Below, piece by piece: positions 27,292 to 36,639 of a DNA stretch of 64,000 bases; the stretch's first letter is position 1, and each line of letters opens with the position of its first letter. The notes below the pieces were generated by a model that ran no database searches, was not told the DNA's origin, and worked only from the letters and a program-made list of their open reading frames with translations. The stretch is from contig JBDHAL010000001.1 in the NCBI GenBank assembly GCA_039588075.1, positions 7,027 to 71,026 on the forward strand, given 5' to 3'. The stretch comes from Gemmatimonadota bacterium. GTDB lineage: Bacteria > Gemmatimonadota > Gemmatimonadetes > Palauibacterales > KS3-K002. Both the position numbers and the translations under genes were made by a program.

Positions 27292-29012
27292 TGATGATGC
27301 GAGTACGATTACGAGCGGAAGTAGGAGCGCGAGTCGGGATAGGCGTGCTGGCGGGGCTCGTGCTGGCAGGCTGTGGATCGTCGCGGACAACGCACTCGTT
27401 GCCGCTCGAGCCCATCGCGTACGTCGATACGTTGCCGAGCTTGCGGCCGAGGGAGCGGGAGCCCAAGGAGGTGAGCCGGCTGTTGAAGATCTCGGTGGGC
27501 GGCGAGATCGGATACGGCTTCAGCCTGCGGAGGTGGGTGGGCGAGCTGCACGAGGCGCTCAACGTTACACGCTTCGACGACGTGGTGAATTCGGCCTGGT
27601 TCGAGCACCGTATCGGCCTGGGCGCTATGACGCCCGAGGATGTGGCACGGGGCTCGACCACCATCGGTCCGGACACGGCCCGCGCGCTCACAGTCATCGC
27701 CGGCAAGGCGGCCGGGATCTCGCCAGGGTTCACGGTCCGCGACGCGAGCGGGACCACGTTTCTCTTCAAGTTCGACCCGAAGGGGAACCTGCATCTGGCC
27801 AGCGCCGCGGGCGTGATCTCCTCACGACTTTTCTACGCGGCGGGCTACCACACGCCCGAGGACTACATCGTCGTGTTCGATCCGGCGCGGCTCGCCCTCG
27901 ACCCGGAGGCGGAGATAACCATCGGTCTCGTGGAGCGGAAGATGACCGAGGATGATGTCCTCGATATCCTCTCGCTCACCGACTCGCTTCCCGATGGCCG
28001 TTACATCGCCCTGGCAAGCAAATTCGTTCCCGGTCGGCCCCTGGGCCCGTTCTACTTCTCGGGCGTGCGTAAGGACGACGACAACGACTACTACCATCAC
28101 CAGTATCGTCGCGAACTGCGCGGCCTCTACGTAATGTCGTCCTGGCTCAACCACGTCGACATGCGCTTCGCCAACACGCTCGATGTTTGGATCGATCCGC
28201 CGGGCTACGTCCGGCACTACCTGATCGACTTCGCCGCAACGCTGGGCAGCGGCACAATCCGGCCCCACAGTCCGCGTGAGGGGAGCGAGTACAACTTCGC
28301 TTTCTGGCCATCGATGGCCCGGGTTCTCACACTGGGCTTCTACAAGAAGGGTTGGGAGGAAGCCGAGTACGAGATCCTCGATCCGTCAATCGGCTGGATG
28401 CCGGTGGAGACGTTCAATCCAGGTACCTGGCGAGCCAACTGGCCGAACGGGGCGTTCACGTGGTCGACCCCGGCCGACGCATATTGGGGCGCCAAGATCG
28501 TCGCATCGTTCAGCGACGATGACATCCGCGCGACGGTCGCCGAAGGCGCTCTCCCCAGCCGGGAGGCTTCCGACCTGCTCGCCGATATCCTCATCACTCG
28601 ACGTGACAAGATCACCGTCTATTGGTACGGACAGGTCACGCCGATCGAGGACGTCGAAGCACGGCTGCTGTCATCGAGCGGGCCGACGCTGGAGCTGTCG
28701 TTCGAGGACCTCGGGTTGAGTGAGGCCTTGTGGACGGCGGACCAGACGCGCTACCACTGGAAGTTCAAGGACGAGTACTTAGGCTTCGAGGCGGCCGCGG
28801 AGAATGCGGCAACGCAGGGTCGGCGTCAGGTGCTAGCCATCGACCTGGAAGGAGTCGATAGCGGCGTCCCGGGGGTTGCCGGTAACGAGGCCACGGCGAC
28901 GCTGAGCGTGACCGTCGAGCGCGCCGGCACAAACGTGAGGCGCGAGGCGGTCATTCAATTGCGCTGGGAAGGGTCAGGCCGCGGCTACAGCGTCGTCGGT
29001 TTGAAGCACTGA
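27291..29012 (+). CDS. hypothetical lipoprotein
   Basis: Starts MMMRVRL...LAGLVLAGCGSS, which contains a lipobox. The ATG overlaps the upstream stop as TGATG. No domain I recognise. Confidence 0.6.
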   Translation: MMMRVRLRAEVGARVGIGVLAGLVLAGCGSSRTTHSLPLEPIAYVDTLPSLRPREREPKEVSRLLKISVGGEIGYGFSLRRWVGELHEALNVTRFDDVVNSAWFEHRIGLGAMTPEDVARGSTTIGPDTARALTVIAGKAAGISPGFTVRDASGTTFLFKFDPKGNLHLASAAGVISSRLFYAAGYHTPEDYIVVFDPARLALDPEAEITIGLVERKMTEDDVLDILSLTDSLPDGRYIALASKFVPGRPLGPFYFSGVRKDDDNDYYHHQYRRELRGLYVMSSWLNHVDMRFANTLDVWIDPPGYVRHYLIDFAATLGSGTIRPHSPREGSEYNFAFWPSMARVLTLGFYKKGWEEAEYEILDPSIGWMPVETFNPGTWRANWPNGAFTWSTPADAYWGAKIVASFSDDDIRATVAEGALPSREASDLLADILITRRDKITVYWYGQVTPIEDVEARLLSSSGPTLELSFEDLGLSEALWTADQTRYHWKFKDEYLGFEAAAENAATQGRRQVLAIDLEGVDSGVPGVAGNEATATLSVTVERAGTNVRREAVIQLRWEGSGRGYSVVGLKH

Positions 29013-29027
29013 GGCACGTTGCTCACC

Positions 29028-29855
29028 TCACTCGCACAACCTTCGCACTCCGGCCACCCGCCCGGCGAGCGAGCGTTCCAGTTCCGAATCCCCGTTCAGG
29101 CTGTCCTCCCGCACGTCGCCGTTGGCCTCCGCCGCGTGGAGGATCGCCGGTCCGCCGAGCGAGAACGCCACGTGCACGACGCGCCGGGAATCCCGCGCAT
29201 GGAAGAACAGCAAGTCGGACGGCCGCACCGCTTCGAAGTCCGGACCGGCGTTTACCGATTCACCGACCTCGATCTGCTGGTAGCTGTCACGCGGCAGCAC
29301 GAGGCCGTGGGTTCGATACACGGCCTGGACGAAGCCGGAGCAATCGGCACCCCAGCGCGTCCGCCCGCCCCATAGGTAAGGCACGCCCATCCACCCTGAC
29401 GCCGTCTCCATCACCGCCGGCGCCTCGCGCGGGAAACCGCTGGCCGCTTCCTCCCAGGGGATAAGGCGACCGGCGCCCAGCCGCCCGTCGCGACCGTCGG
29501 GCAGGCGGACGACGGATCCCAGAAGCGCCACACGGGCGCCCCACGGTAGGCGAGCCACCGGCGCACCGGAATCATCCACCACCGTCGCATCGTGGGCGAC
29601 AGCGAGGACGCCGCCCAGGTCGTCCCACCAGGCCTGGGCCCGCTCGGCGGAGCGGAGCAGGAGGCCGCCCACACCGACCCACCCTTCATAGCCGTCCTCG
29701 CCGCGGCAGTGGACCCACTCGTCGCGGCGCTCGCGGATCTCCAGCACCGAACCGAGCGGCTCTTGCGAGGTCAGCTCCGCCCGCAGGTTCGCGTCAGCCC
29801 TAACCGATGCCAGGGCCGTCCGCACGATCGCGTGTGTCGCATCCACGTGGCTCAC
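29028..29855 (-). CDS. NlpC/P60 (C40) cell-wall peptidase with N-terminal SH3b-like region
   Basis: GVPYLWGGRTRWGADCSGFVQAVY...HVAFSLG, i.e. a Cys-His catalytic core. The GTG start overlaps the aminotransferase stop as GTGA. Confidence 0.75.
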   Translation of the reverse strand: MSHVDATHAIVRTALASVRADANLRAELTSQEPLGSVLEIRERRDEWVHCRGEDGYEGWVGVGGLLLRSAERAQAWWDDLGGVLAVAHDATVVDDSGAPVARLPWGARVALLGSVVRLPDGRDGRLGAGRLIPWEEAASGFPREAPAVMETASGWMGVPYLWGGRTRWGADCSGFVQAVYRTHGLVLPRDSYQQIEVGESVNAGPDFEAVRPSDLLFFHARDSRRVVHVAFSLGGPAILHAAEANGDVREDSLNGDSELERSLAGRVAGVRRLCE

Positions 29856-31042
29856 CCTCCGCCCGCCAGGGCCGAGTCGAGGACCGATATCATTCGCTCG
29901 ATCTCTTCCCGGCTGTTGAACGCATGCATCGCCGCTCTTATCGCGCCCTCGCGCACCGACACCGTGATGCCGGCGGCCCGGAGATGCTCGTCCACGCGCT
30001 CCGGGTCGCCGACCCTGAAGGCCAGAATGCCCGATCGGCGCCCCGGGCTCGTATCGCTCACCCACTCCACGTCGTCGCGCCCCTCGACCCATTCGACCAG
30101 TGGCTGCTGGACCGCGCGCACGTGCCTCTCTATGTCGCTGATGCCCAGCTCCAGCAGCAACGACAGCGACTTGTTGAGACCGCGGAGGCAGTAGAACGGC
30201 AGCGACCCGAGCTCGAAGCGGCGCGCGTCCTCCAGCGGTTCGAGGGAATAGTTCACCAGGTTGGTGAAATCCTGGGATGGTTTGAAGCTCAGCCAGCCCA
30301 CCGTAACGGGATCCAGCTCTTCGATGAGCCCCTCGCGAACGTAGACGAAGCCGGCGCCGTTCGGACTGAGCAGCCACTTCTGACCGCCGCAGGCGAGGAT
30401 ATCGATCTGCGTGGCCGAGACATCGAGCGGGACCGCGCCCAGCGCTTGTATTCCATCGACGACAAGGTATGTTCCGTGCCGCCGGCACTCGCGCGAGATC
30501 GCATCGAGATCGAGACGGTAGCCCGAAAAGAAGTTCACCAGCGAGCCGGAGAACACCCGCACGTCGCCTCGCGCCAGTCGCTCGAGCGCGGCCCGCTCGT
30601 CGGGCAGTCCCCGTTCGTCGCGAGGTACGAACTCGACGCTGACGCCGCGGCGCTCCATGTTCAGCCACGGGTAAACGTTGGCCGGGAACTCGCCGTCGAG
30701 CAGCAGAACGCGGTCGCCGGGTCCCAGGCGTAGCGCGGTGGCGGCCAGAGCGAGACCGAACGTCGTGTTGCCGCCGAGTGCTATCTCGTGCGGCCTGGCG
30801 CCGATCAACTCGGCGCACAGTTCTCGAGCCGTGTCGGGGATCTCGATCACGTATTCGTGCACCCGATGATCGGGAGTCCGCGCCTCTTCCATGAACTCCA
30901 GCAGCGCGAGTCGCGTCCGCTCCGGGAGCGGCCCGACCGAGGCCGAGTTGAGGTAGGTTGCACCGCGTTCGCCGAAGGCGGGAAACTCCCGGCGCCTCAG
31001 CGCGCTGACGTCGTACGGCGATAACTCGGCGATCTCGGTCAT
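29852..31042 (-). CDS. class V aminotransferase (cysteine desulfurase/epimerase-like, PLP-dependent)
   Basis: The YLNSASVGPL N-terminus and overall fold fit the class V aminotransferases. The longer ORF start at 31111 is also possible. Confidence 0.75.
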   Translation of the reverse strand: MTEIAELSPYDVSALRRREFPAFGERGATYLNSASVGPLPERTRLALLEFMEEARTPDHRVHEYVIEIPDTARELCAELIGARPHEIALGGNTTFGLALAATALRLGPGDRVLLLDGEFPANVYPWLNMERRGVSVEFVPRDERGLPDERAALERLARGDVRVFSGSLVNFFSGYRLDLDAISRECRRHGTYLVVDGIQALGAVPLDVSATQIDILACGGQKWLLSPNGAGFVYVREGLIEELDPVTVGWLSFKPSQDFTNLVNYSLEPLEDARRFELGSLPFYCLRGLNKSLSLLLELGISDIERHVRAVQQPLVEWVEGRDDVEWVSDTSPGRRSGILAFRVGDPERVDEHLRAAGITVSVREGAIRAAMHAFNSREEIERMISVLDSALAGGG

Positions 31043-31065
31043 CACTAAGGCTCTCGATTGAATAC

Positions 31066-32064
31066 TTGCGAACCGCGCTACCCGGCTCTCGACGAGGCGG
31101 TCGAACAGCACTTAATATCGGACGCACTTTGACGAACCGACAGTCGGGCAACCCGAGCTACTCGCGGACCTATCTCGCCCTGGCCGCCCTGATCTTCATC
31201 TGGGCCTCGAATTTCTCGGTGGTCAAGTTCGCGCTCCGCGACATGTCGCCGCTCGCCTTCAACGGCATGCGGTTCGCCGTCGCATCGACGGTGCTCTGGG
31301 TGACCGTGAGGGTCGGCGGTATTACGACCACCATCCCTCGGCGCCACTGGCCCGCGTTGATCGGACTGGGCGTGCTCGGCAACACCGTCTACCAGATCCT
31401 CTTCATCTACGGAATCGACTGGACGCTCGCCGGCAACGCCAGCCTGATGCTGGCGGCCACTCCGATCTTCACCACGCTGCTCTCAGTGATGTTCCGCCAG
31501 GAACGAATCGCCCTCCTGGCCTGGTCGGGCGTGTCGATCTCCGTTGTCGGCATCGCCCTCGTCGTATGGGGCGGCACCCAGGCGGTGAGCTTCAGCTCCG
31601 AAACGGTGCGTGGCGACCTCACCGTGCTCTGCGCCGCGGTCGCCTGGTCCGCCTACACGGTGGGCGCGAACCCGCTGGTGCGCCGTTACGGCGCTCTGCC
31701 GGTCACCGCCGTGACGATGTGGGTCGGCGGCGTGGGACTCCTGGCCGCCTCCGTGCCCGCCTTCCTGGCGCAGGACTGGTCGGCCGTACGACCGGTCTCG
31801 TGGCTCGCGCTCATCTATAGCGGCGCCTTCGCCATCGCCCTGGCCTACTTCATCTGGTATTACAGCATCCATCAGATCGGAACCACGCGAACCGCGGTCT
31901 ACTCCAACTTCATCCCGGTCGTCGCGCTGGTCATCGCGTGGCTGGCGCTGGGCGAGCTGCCCACCTGGCTGCAGATAGTGGGCGCAGCGGGCATCGTCGC
32001 GGGTACGATCCTGGTCCGGCTCGGCAGGATAGAGAGGTCCGCCATCGGTCCTCCGGCCGAGTAA
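31066..32064 (+). CDS. DMT superfamily (EamA-like) transporter
   Basis: Two EamA repeats with 10 TM helices. An alternative TTG start exists at 31129. Confidence 0.75.
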   Translation: MRTALPGSRRGGRTALNIGRTLTNRQSGNPSYSRTYLALAALIFIWASNFSVVKFALRDMSPLAFNGMRFAVASTVLWVTVRVGGITTTIPRRHWPALIGLGVLGNTVYQILFIYGIDWTLAGNASLMLAATPIFTTLLSVMFRQERIALLAWSGVSISVVGIALVVWGGTQAVSFSSETVRGDLTVLCAAVAWSAYTVGANPLVRRYGALPVTAVTMWVGGVGLLAASVPAFLAQDWSAVRPVSWLALIYSGAFAIALAYFIWYYSIHQIGTTRTAVYSNFIPVVALVIAWLALGELPTWLQIVGAAGIVAGTILVRLGRIERSAIGPPAE

Positions 32065-32140
32065 GCGCGGTGGCCCGTCCCGCCTACTTGCCCGTCCGGC
32101 GCGACATGGAGCGAGGTGGCCCCTGTCGCACCCCGCACTC
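32060..32140. repeat. GC-rich modular repeat unit (TTGCCCGTCCGGCGCGACATGGAGCGAG...) overlapping the luxC 3' end
   Basis: Same unit as at 37230-37265, 39880-39910 and 40675-40710. It encodes the last roughly 18 aa (PPRSMSRRTGK) of the LuxC-like ORF. Confidence 0.5.
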
Positions 32141-33571
32141 ACCACGCGTCACATCAAGATCAACGAACCGGACCAAGTCCTGGAATTGAAACCGCCCATC
32201 GTGGTGCCAGTGCGGTGCGGGCCAGGCCGCCTCGCCGATGGGAACGATCCGCGTGGCTCCGGCCGCGCCGAGCTGAGCCGCGAGAACCGCCACCTCGTCC
32301 GGCGTCGCTGCCACCGCCACGGTCTGAAGCCGGTGCCCCACCCGCTCCAACGCCGACAGCGCTTCCGACAGCTCGCCGACCGGGCGGACGTGTATGACCC
32401 GATTGAGCGGCGACGGCTCGAACTCCGGACGCTCTTCGATGATCACCGTCCACTCGGTTCCGCGCTGGCCGGCCAGCACAGTCGCCCCGCGGATCTCCGC
32501 CTGCGCCCGCAACTGGTGGATCAGAGTCGATTCGCCGGGCGTCATCGTGCCGCGCGGGATCTCGGTCGAGAGCCGCTCCAGGGCCGCGGCGAGCAGGTTC
32601 GCGAACTCGAGCGGGCTCACCGCACCCCCGTCTTCCACGTAGATGGCGTGCGGCGAAACGCAGCCCTGCTGGTCGAAGGTCACGACATCGAGAGCGGCGT
32701 CGCGTGCTAGACTCTCCGTGTCGCCGGCGCCGAGCCCGTTGCGGGAGATCAGCGCCGCACCAACGCGGTTGGGGTAGGCGATGAAACGGACCTGGGGCGG
32801 TACGTGGCAACCGATTCGGCCGATCGTTTCGTCGCTACCGTAGGCGATCACCACCTCGGCCTCCGAGAACGCCACAGCCTCCAGATCGTCCGATCCGCCC
32901 GGCCAATAGGTGACGCCCAGACAACCGGCCAGCTCCGGGTCCTCTTCCGCCAGCGCCCGGGCGAAACAGACGGCGACGTACGGTTCGCCGGCCGCCGTCT
33001 TGCCGAAGCCTGCCGATTTCACGCAGAGCGAGCGGATCAGGCTACTCACCGACACGCCGGGGATATTGCCGCTGAACACGTGCACCGTGAGCGAGGGGCC
33101 GAATGCGCGTTCGAGGCCGCCGGATGTGCGGACGCGGAAATCATCGAGAACGTCGAGGCCTTTGAATTCGTCCTCGAGCGCACCGCGCAGCGCGCCGGCC
33201 GTCCAACCGGCTCCCATCCGCTCCAACCCGATCTCGATCATCTCCCGAGAGTACCCGGTGAGTCCGGGCAACACCTCGAGGAGTTCGGCATGCAGCGGTT
33301 CGCCCTGCCGGACGAGGCGCCGAGATGCGCGTTCGATCGTATCGAGGAGCTCGGCCACAGGTCGTTCGGCCAAGACCTCGGCTCGCTTCCTGCGCATGTC
33401 GATCAGCACGTCTCGCAGGGCGTGCGGCGTCAGCGTGGGAACGCGCAGCGGGATGTGGCCCGGGCCGAATGCGCGCTCGGCGACCTCGAAGCCCGGCCCG
33501 CGGAGCGCGTCGGTCGGTCGGTCGTGGAGCGCCGGTAACCAGAAACCGTCTAGCGTTGTGCCGTCAGCCAT
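32084..33571 (-). CDS. LuxC-like long-chain acyl-CoA/acyl-protein reductase
   Basis: LuxC family architecture (aldehyde-dehydrogenase-like fold with a conserved Cys region). It overlaps the upstream luxE-like gene by 22 nt. Confidence 0.75.
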   Translation of the reverse strand: MADGTTLDGFWLPALHDRPTDALRGPGFEVAERAFGPGHIPLRVPTLTPHALRDVLIDMRRKRAEVLAERPVAELLDTIERASRRLVRQGEPLHAELLEVLPGLTGYSREMIEIGLERMGAGWTAGALRGALEDEFKGLDVLDDFRVRTSGGLERAFGPSLTVHVFSGNIPGVSVSSLIRSLCVKSAGFGKTAAGEPYVAVCFARALAEEDPELAGCLGVTYWPGGSDDLEAVAFSEAEVVIAYGSDETIGRIGCHVPPQVRFIAYPNRVGAALISRNGLGAGDTESLARDAALDVVTFDQQGCVSPHAIYVEDGGAVSPLEFANLLAAALERLSTEIPRGTMTPGESTLIHQLRAQAEIRGATVLAGQRGTEWTVIIEERPEFEPSPLNRVIHVRPVGELSEALSALERVGHRLQTVAVAATPDEVAVLAAQLGAAGATRIVPIGEAAWPAPHWHHDGRFQFQDLVRFVDLDVTRGECGVRQGPPRSMSRRTGK

Positions 33572-34662
33572 TGGTCCATTGCGATCGAGCAGCCGCGCAA
33601 CTCGGCTCCAGCGGCTCGCCCCAGTATCTCGAAGCCGCCAGCGCCGGCGACTCCGAGGTCGTCTGTTTGGATCGCCATCACCGAGTCGAAGTTAGCCAGA
33701 TCGAAGTGCCGCAGCACACCTACCCGACCCTCGGGAAGCAGCTCGAGCGTCTCGGCATCCACGACCTGCGTGCGCACCCAGGGCGGAACGACCTTGTAGC
33801 GATACCCCGGCGAACGCCCGAGCGATCGCTCCCTCAATACATTGTCATAGAACTGTGAGCACATCTCAGTCATCCCGTACTCGGCCACGCAGTACAGCTC
33901 CGACAATCCCAATCGATCGCGCAACATCGAGTACAGCTGATCTCTCGGAATCTCCCTGCGATAGCGCTTGAAGCCCCCCGTCTCCATCGCCCGCGAGCCC
34001 GCCGGCAACCTGAAGCGCCGGCCGCTCCCTTCCATCGTCTCCAACAGGTGAGCATACGCCGCCGCCGTCCCCAGCAACATCGCAGGTACACCTCGCGCCT
34101 CCACCAACTCGAGCGCCGAACCCAACCGCTCGAGGCTCAGCCCTTCCCCGTCGACGAAGTAGGCGCTATCCGGCGCCCCGTACTCTCGACGCACCAGCTC
34201 GAACATCCAGCTGAGCGACGAGTCGGGCGCCAGCTCGGGTGACGGCCCGAGGATCAGCGTCCGCAAGCCCGTCACACCGGGAAGCATGTGCTCTCGGAAA
34301 TTGGGAAGCGCGGCAGCCCTGTAAAAGCCCAGGTCGAGCACGTGGTGGGCGCCTCTGCGCTCAGGGCCCTGGCTCGTTCCGCTCGTCCGGAATACGATCT
34401 CCGCCGCGTCGGCAGCGCCGCAGACCAGGGCCGCCTCCTTGAACGCGGCCGTGGGTACCGCCGGAATCTCGGACCAACCCCCCACCCTCTCCGGCGTTCC
34501 GCCACGCCCCTCGCAGAACCGGCGATACGGCTCGTTCTCCGCGAATTGACGCTCGTAGACCTTCAGCGCCAGCTCCTCGAAGCTCCCGCCCTCGGGAGCC
34601 CGCAAGCCGCGCCCGATATACCCCAGGACCTCACCGCGAAGACCGTCGACCGCTGTCATCAA
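33550..34662 (-). CDS. LuxE-like acyl-protein synthetase
   Basis: LuxE-family adenylating enzyme, sitting immediately upstream of the LuxC-like gene in the same operon. Confidence 0.75.
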   Translation of the reverse strand: MMTAVDGLRGEVLGYIGRGLRAPEGGSFEELALKVYERQFAENEPYRRFCEGRGGTPERVGGWSEIPAVPTAAFKEAALVCGAADAAEIVFRTSGTSQGPERRGAHHVLDLGFYRAAALPNFREHMLPGVTGLRTLILGPSPELAPDSSLSWMFELVRREYGAPDSAYFVDGEGLSLERLGSALELVEARGVPAMLLGTAAAYAHLLETMEGSGRRFRLPAGSRAMETGGFKRYRREIPRDQLYSMLRDRLGLSELYCVAEYGMTEMCSQFYDNVLRERSLGRSPGYRYKVVPPWVRTQVVDAETLELLPEGRVGVLRHFDLANFDSVMAIQTDDLGVAGAGGFEILGRAAGAELRGCSIAMDQWLTAQR

Positions 34663-34764
34663 CTCAAATACTAATGGTCCCGACGCCCTCCGGCACGCCT
34701 GGAGCGGAAACTCTATATCTGTGATTGGGATTCGCTGATTCGGGGGGGCTCAGAAAGCTCTCTT

Positions 34765-35709
34765 CTATTTGTCTTCCTCCTCCTCTTCTTCTTCCTCCTC
34801 CTCCTCCTCTTCTTCTTCTTCCTCCTCCTCCTCCTCTTCTTCTTCCTCCTCCTCCTCCTCCTCCTCCTCTTCTTCCTCTTCTTCTTCTTCTTCGCCTACA
34901 TCCTCATCCTCTTCTTCTTCCTCTTCTTCCTCTTCCTTCTTTTTCGCCTTGGCCTTCGCCGCTTCTTCACTAGCCGCCGCCGCCGCCATTGCCGCCGCCG
35001 CAGCCGCCGCAGCCTCTGGATCAAACAACAGCGCGTCGAAGTCATCCACCGCCAACTCATCGGTGGGCGCCTTGATCTCCACCCCCTTGTCGGCAGCGCG
35101 CCGCAGCTCGTCCGGCGTGAGCATGGCGGCGAAAACGACCGGTGTCCAGCCGGCGGCGCGAACGCCCTCGGTCGCCTTGCCCTCGCGAACTCGTTCGGCC
35201 GAATCCTCATCGCCCAAGTCGGCGAGTTTCTCAGCCAGGAACTCGCGGAAATCGGTCCGCTCGACGTACTGGCTCATGAGAAGGAGGTGCTGCACGGCGA
35301 GCAACTGCAGCCCGGATTCGACGGAGGCCGAGCAGTAGGCATCGATGTGCTCGCGGGCGATCTCGAGGAAGCCCTTTCCCAAGCAGAGCCAAGCGAGCGT
35401 GCGGCGCGTGCGGATTACCTCAGGGACGACCCGGATGATCTTGCGGCAGACCGCCATGGCGTTGTCGTACTCGCCGGACTGCAGGTAGGCGTCGATGGCA
35501 TTGCCGTAGCGTGCAAGAGCGCTCTGGCGGTCCCCTTTGACGAGGTAGAGATCGCCGGCACGGTTGAGCAGGCGCGCCGCCTCGTAGCCGTGCCCCAGCC
35601 TCTCCAGCTCCTTCTCTATCCGCTCGAGATCATCGCTGGCCATGACCGGAGTGGAAGCGTCCGGATCCTGGTCGGCGCCGCCGAATACTTTCTTAAAGAA
35701 ACCGAGCAT
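34765..35709 (-). CDS. TPR-like protein with an about 70-residue poly-Glu C-terminal tail
   Basis: N-terminal TPR-like helical repeats. The C-terminal tail reads EEEEEEEEEDEDVGEEEE...EEEDK. Confidence 0.7.
   Translation of the reverse strand: MLGFFKKVFGGADQDPDASTPVMASDDLERIEKELERLGHGYEAARLLNRAGDLYLVKGDRQSALARYGNAIDAYLQSGEYDNAMAVCRKIIRVVPEVIRTRRTLAWLCLGKGFLEIAREHIDAYCSASVESGLQLLAVQHLLLMSQYVERTDFREFLAEKLADLGDEDSAERVREGKATEGVRAAGWTPVVFAAMLTPDELRRAADKGVEIKAPTDELAVDDFDALLFDPEAAAAAAAAMAAAAASEEAAKAKAKKKEEEEEEEEEDEDVGEEEEEEEEEEEEEEEEEEEEEEEEEEEEEEEEEEEEEEEEDK
34768..34930. repeat. (CTC/CTT)n trinucleotide microsatellite (GAG/GAA on the coding strand) encoding the poly-Glu tail
   Basis: About 160 bp of cttcctcctcctc repeats. 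Confidence 0.75.
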
Positions 35710-35877
35710 CAGACACCCAGTGTGCCGTTGTCGACCGAGATTCTCTCATAACCGGCCACGGCGGCCGGGGACCGCTTCGCTTGCGACGGGGGTTGGACGC
35801 GGCTCAAATTAGACCGCGTAGCCCAAAGGGTCAACCGATGGAGCGGAGGGGCCCGACCCATTCACGCGGGAGAACTC

Positions 35878-36099
35878 ATGCACGTAAGCATCGAATACTG
35901 CGTCGTTTGAAACTACGAACCCCGTGCCGCCAGTTTGGCGGACATTCTCCGGTCACGGTATGACGGGATCGAGGTCGAGCTCATCGAGAGCGGGGGCGGC
36001 GCCTTTGAAGTACGCCATGAAGGTGAGCTAGTTTACTCGAAGCTCCGCGAAGGGCGCTTCCCGAACGACGAGGAGATCTTCGAACTCCTGGGGGGCTGA
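35878..36099 (+). CDS. selW: SelW/Rdx-family selenoprotein with an in-frame UGA (Sec) codon at 35908-35910
   Basis: Translates as MHVSIEYCVV-U-NYEPRAASLADILRS...GGGAFEVRHEGELVYSKLREGRFPNDEEIFELLGG, with the CxxU redox motif and SelW-like blocks. A GGGAGA RBS precedes the start. The hairpin ccgtg-ccgcc-agttt-ggcgg...cacgg lies 8-50 nt after the UGA and is a SECIS candidate. Confidence 0.75.
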
Positions 36100-36115
36100 T
36101 ACTCGGCGCGGGCGG

Positions 36116-36391
36116 CTAATCCCAGTAGGGCTCAGACTCGTCCCAGGTCTCCGTCCAGAACCGCTCCTCCTCCTTGGAGATCTCGTCCATATCCAGGGCC
36201 TCCTCCGGGACGAAGACGCCGCTGAGCGAGCCGTACCTGATGATATCACCCACCATCTCGTCGGTGAGCCAACCTTCTTTTGGCAGGGCGTCCTCGCGGC
36301 GCCGGCGTAACACGGCGAAGACCCCTGCAAGCATCACGAGAGCGAGCAGGAGCAGCGTCAATGAAAGGCCGAGCCACTGAGAGACCGTCAT
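36116..36391 (-). CDS. small hypothetical membrane protein
   Basis: Start chosen at MTVSQWLGLSLTLLLLALVML; one TM helix followed by an acidic tail. Weak RBS. Confidence 0.4.
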   Translation of the reverse strand: MTVSQWLGLSLTLLLLALVMLAGVFAVLRRRREDALPKEGWLTDEMVGDIIRYGSLSGVFVPEEALDMDEISKEEERFWTETWDESEPYWD

Positions 36392-36639
36392 AGCATCCGA
36401 GCGATAAGTGCGGGAGACGGCGCAAGCGCGCCTGCAACTATATTCCGGTCCAACGCCGCAGTTGTCAATCACCGCTCGCGGTCGGGGATCATAGGTTCCC
36501 CGGAGCGCAGGAGCGAACGCCTGCCGCAGGCCATTCATCTTCGTGGATACCAACGCGTTAAGCGATAGGCGGGTTCCGGTACGTCTCTAGTCCCGGTGAC
36601 TCACGGGTCGCGGAGTGATGCCACTACTCGCGGCAGTGG

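Noticed and set aside
29028-31151. 707-aa Arg-rich ORF on the minus strand taken as one gene
   Set aside because: Only its last roughly 275 codons (NlpC/P60) are real. The rest is the out-of-frame shadow of the conserved class V aminotransferase; such long Arg-rich shadow ORFs are expected at about 67% GC.
35781-35963. 60-aa ORF MRRGLDAAQIRPR... in frame 3
   Set aside because: Arg-rich shadow. The SelW-like frame 1 reading with its UGA explains the locus far better.
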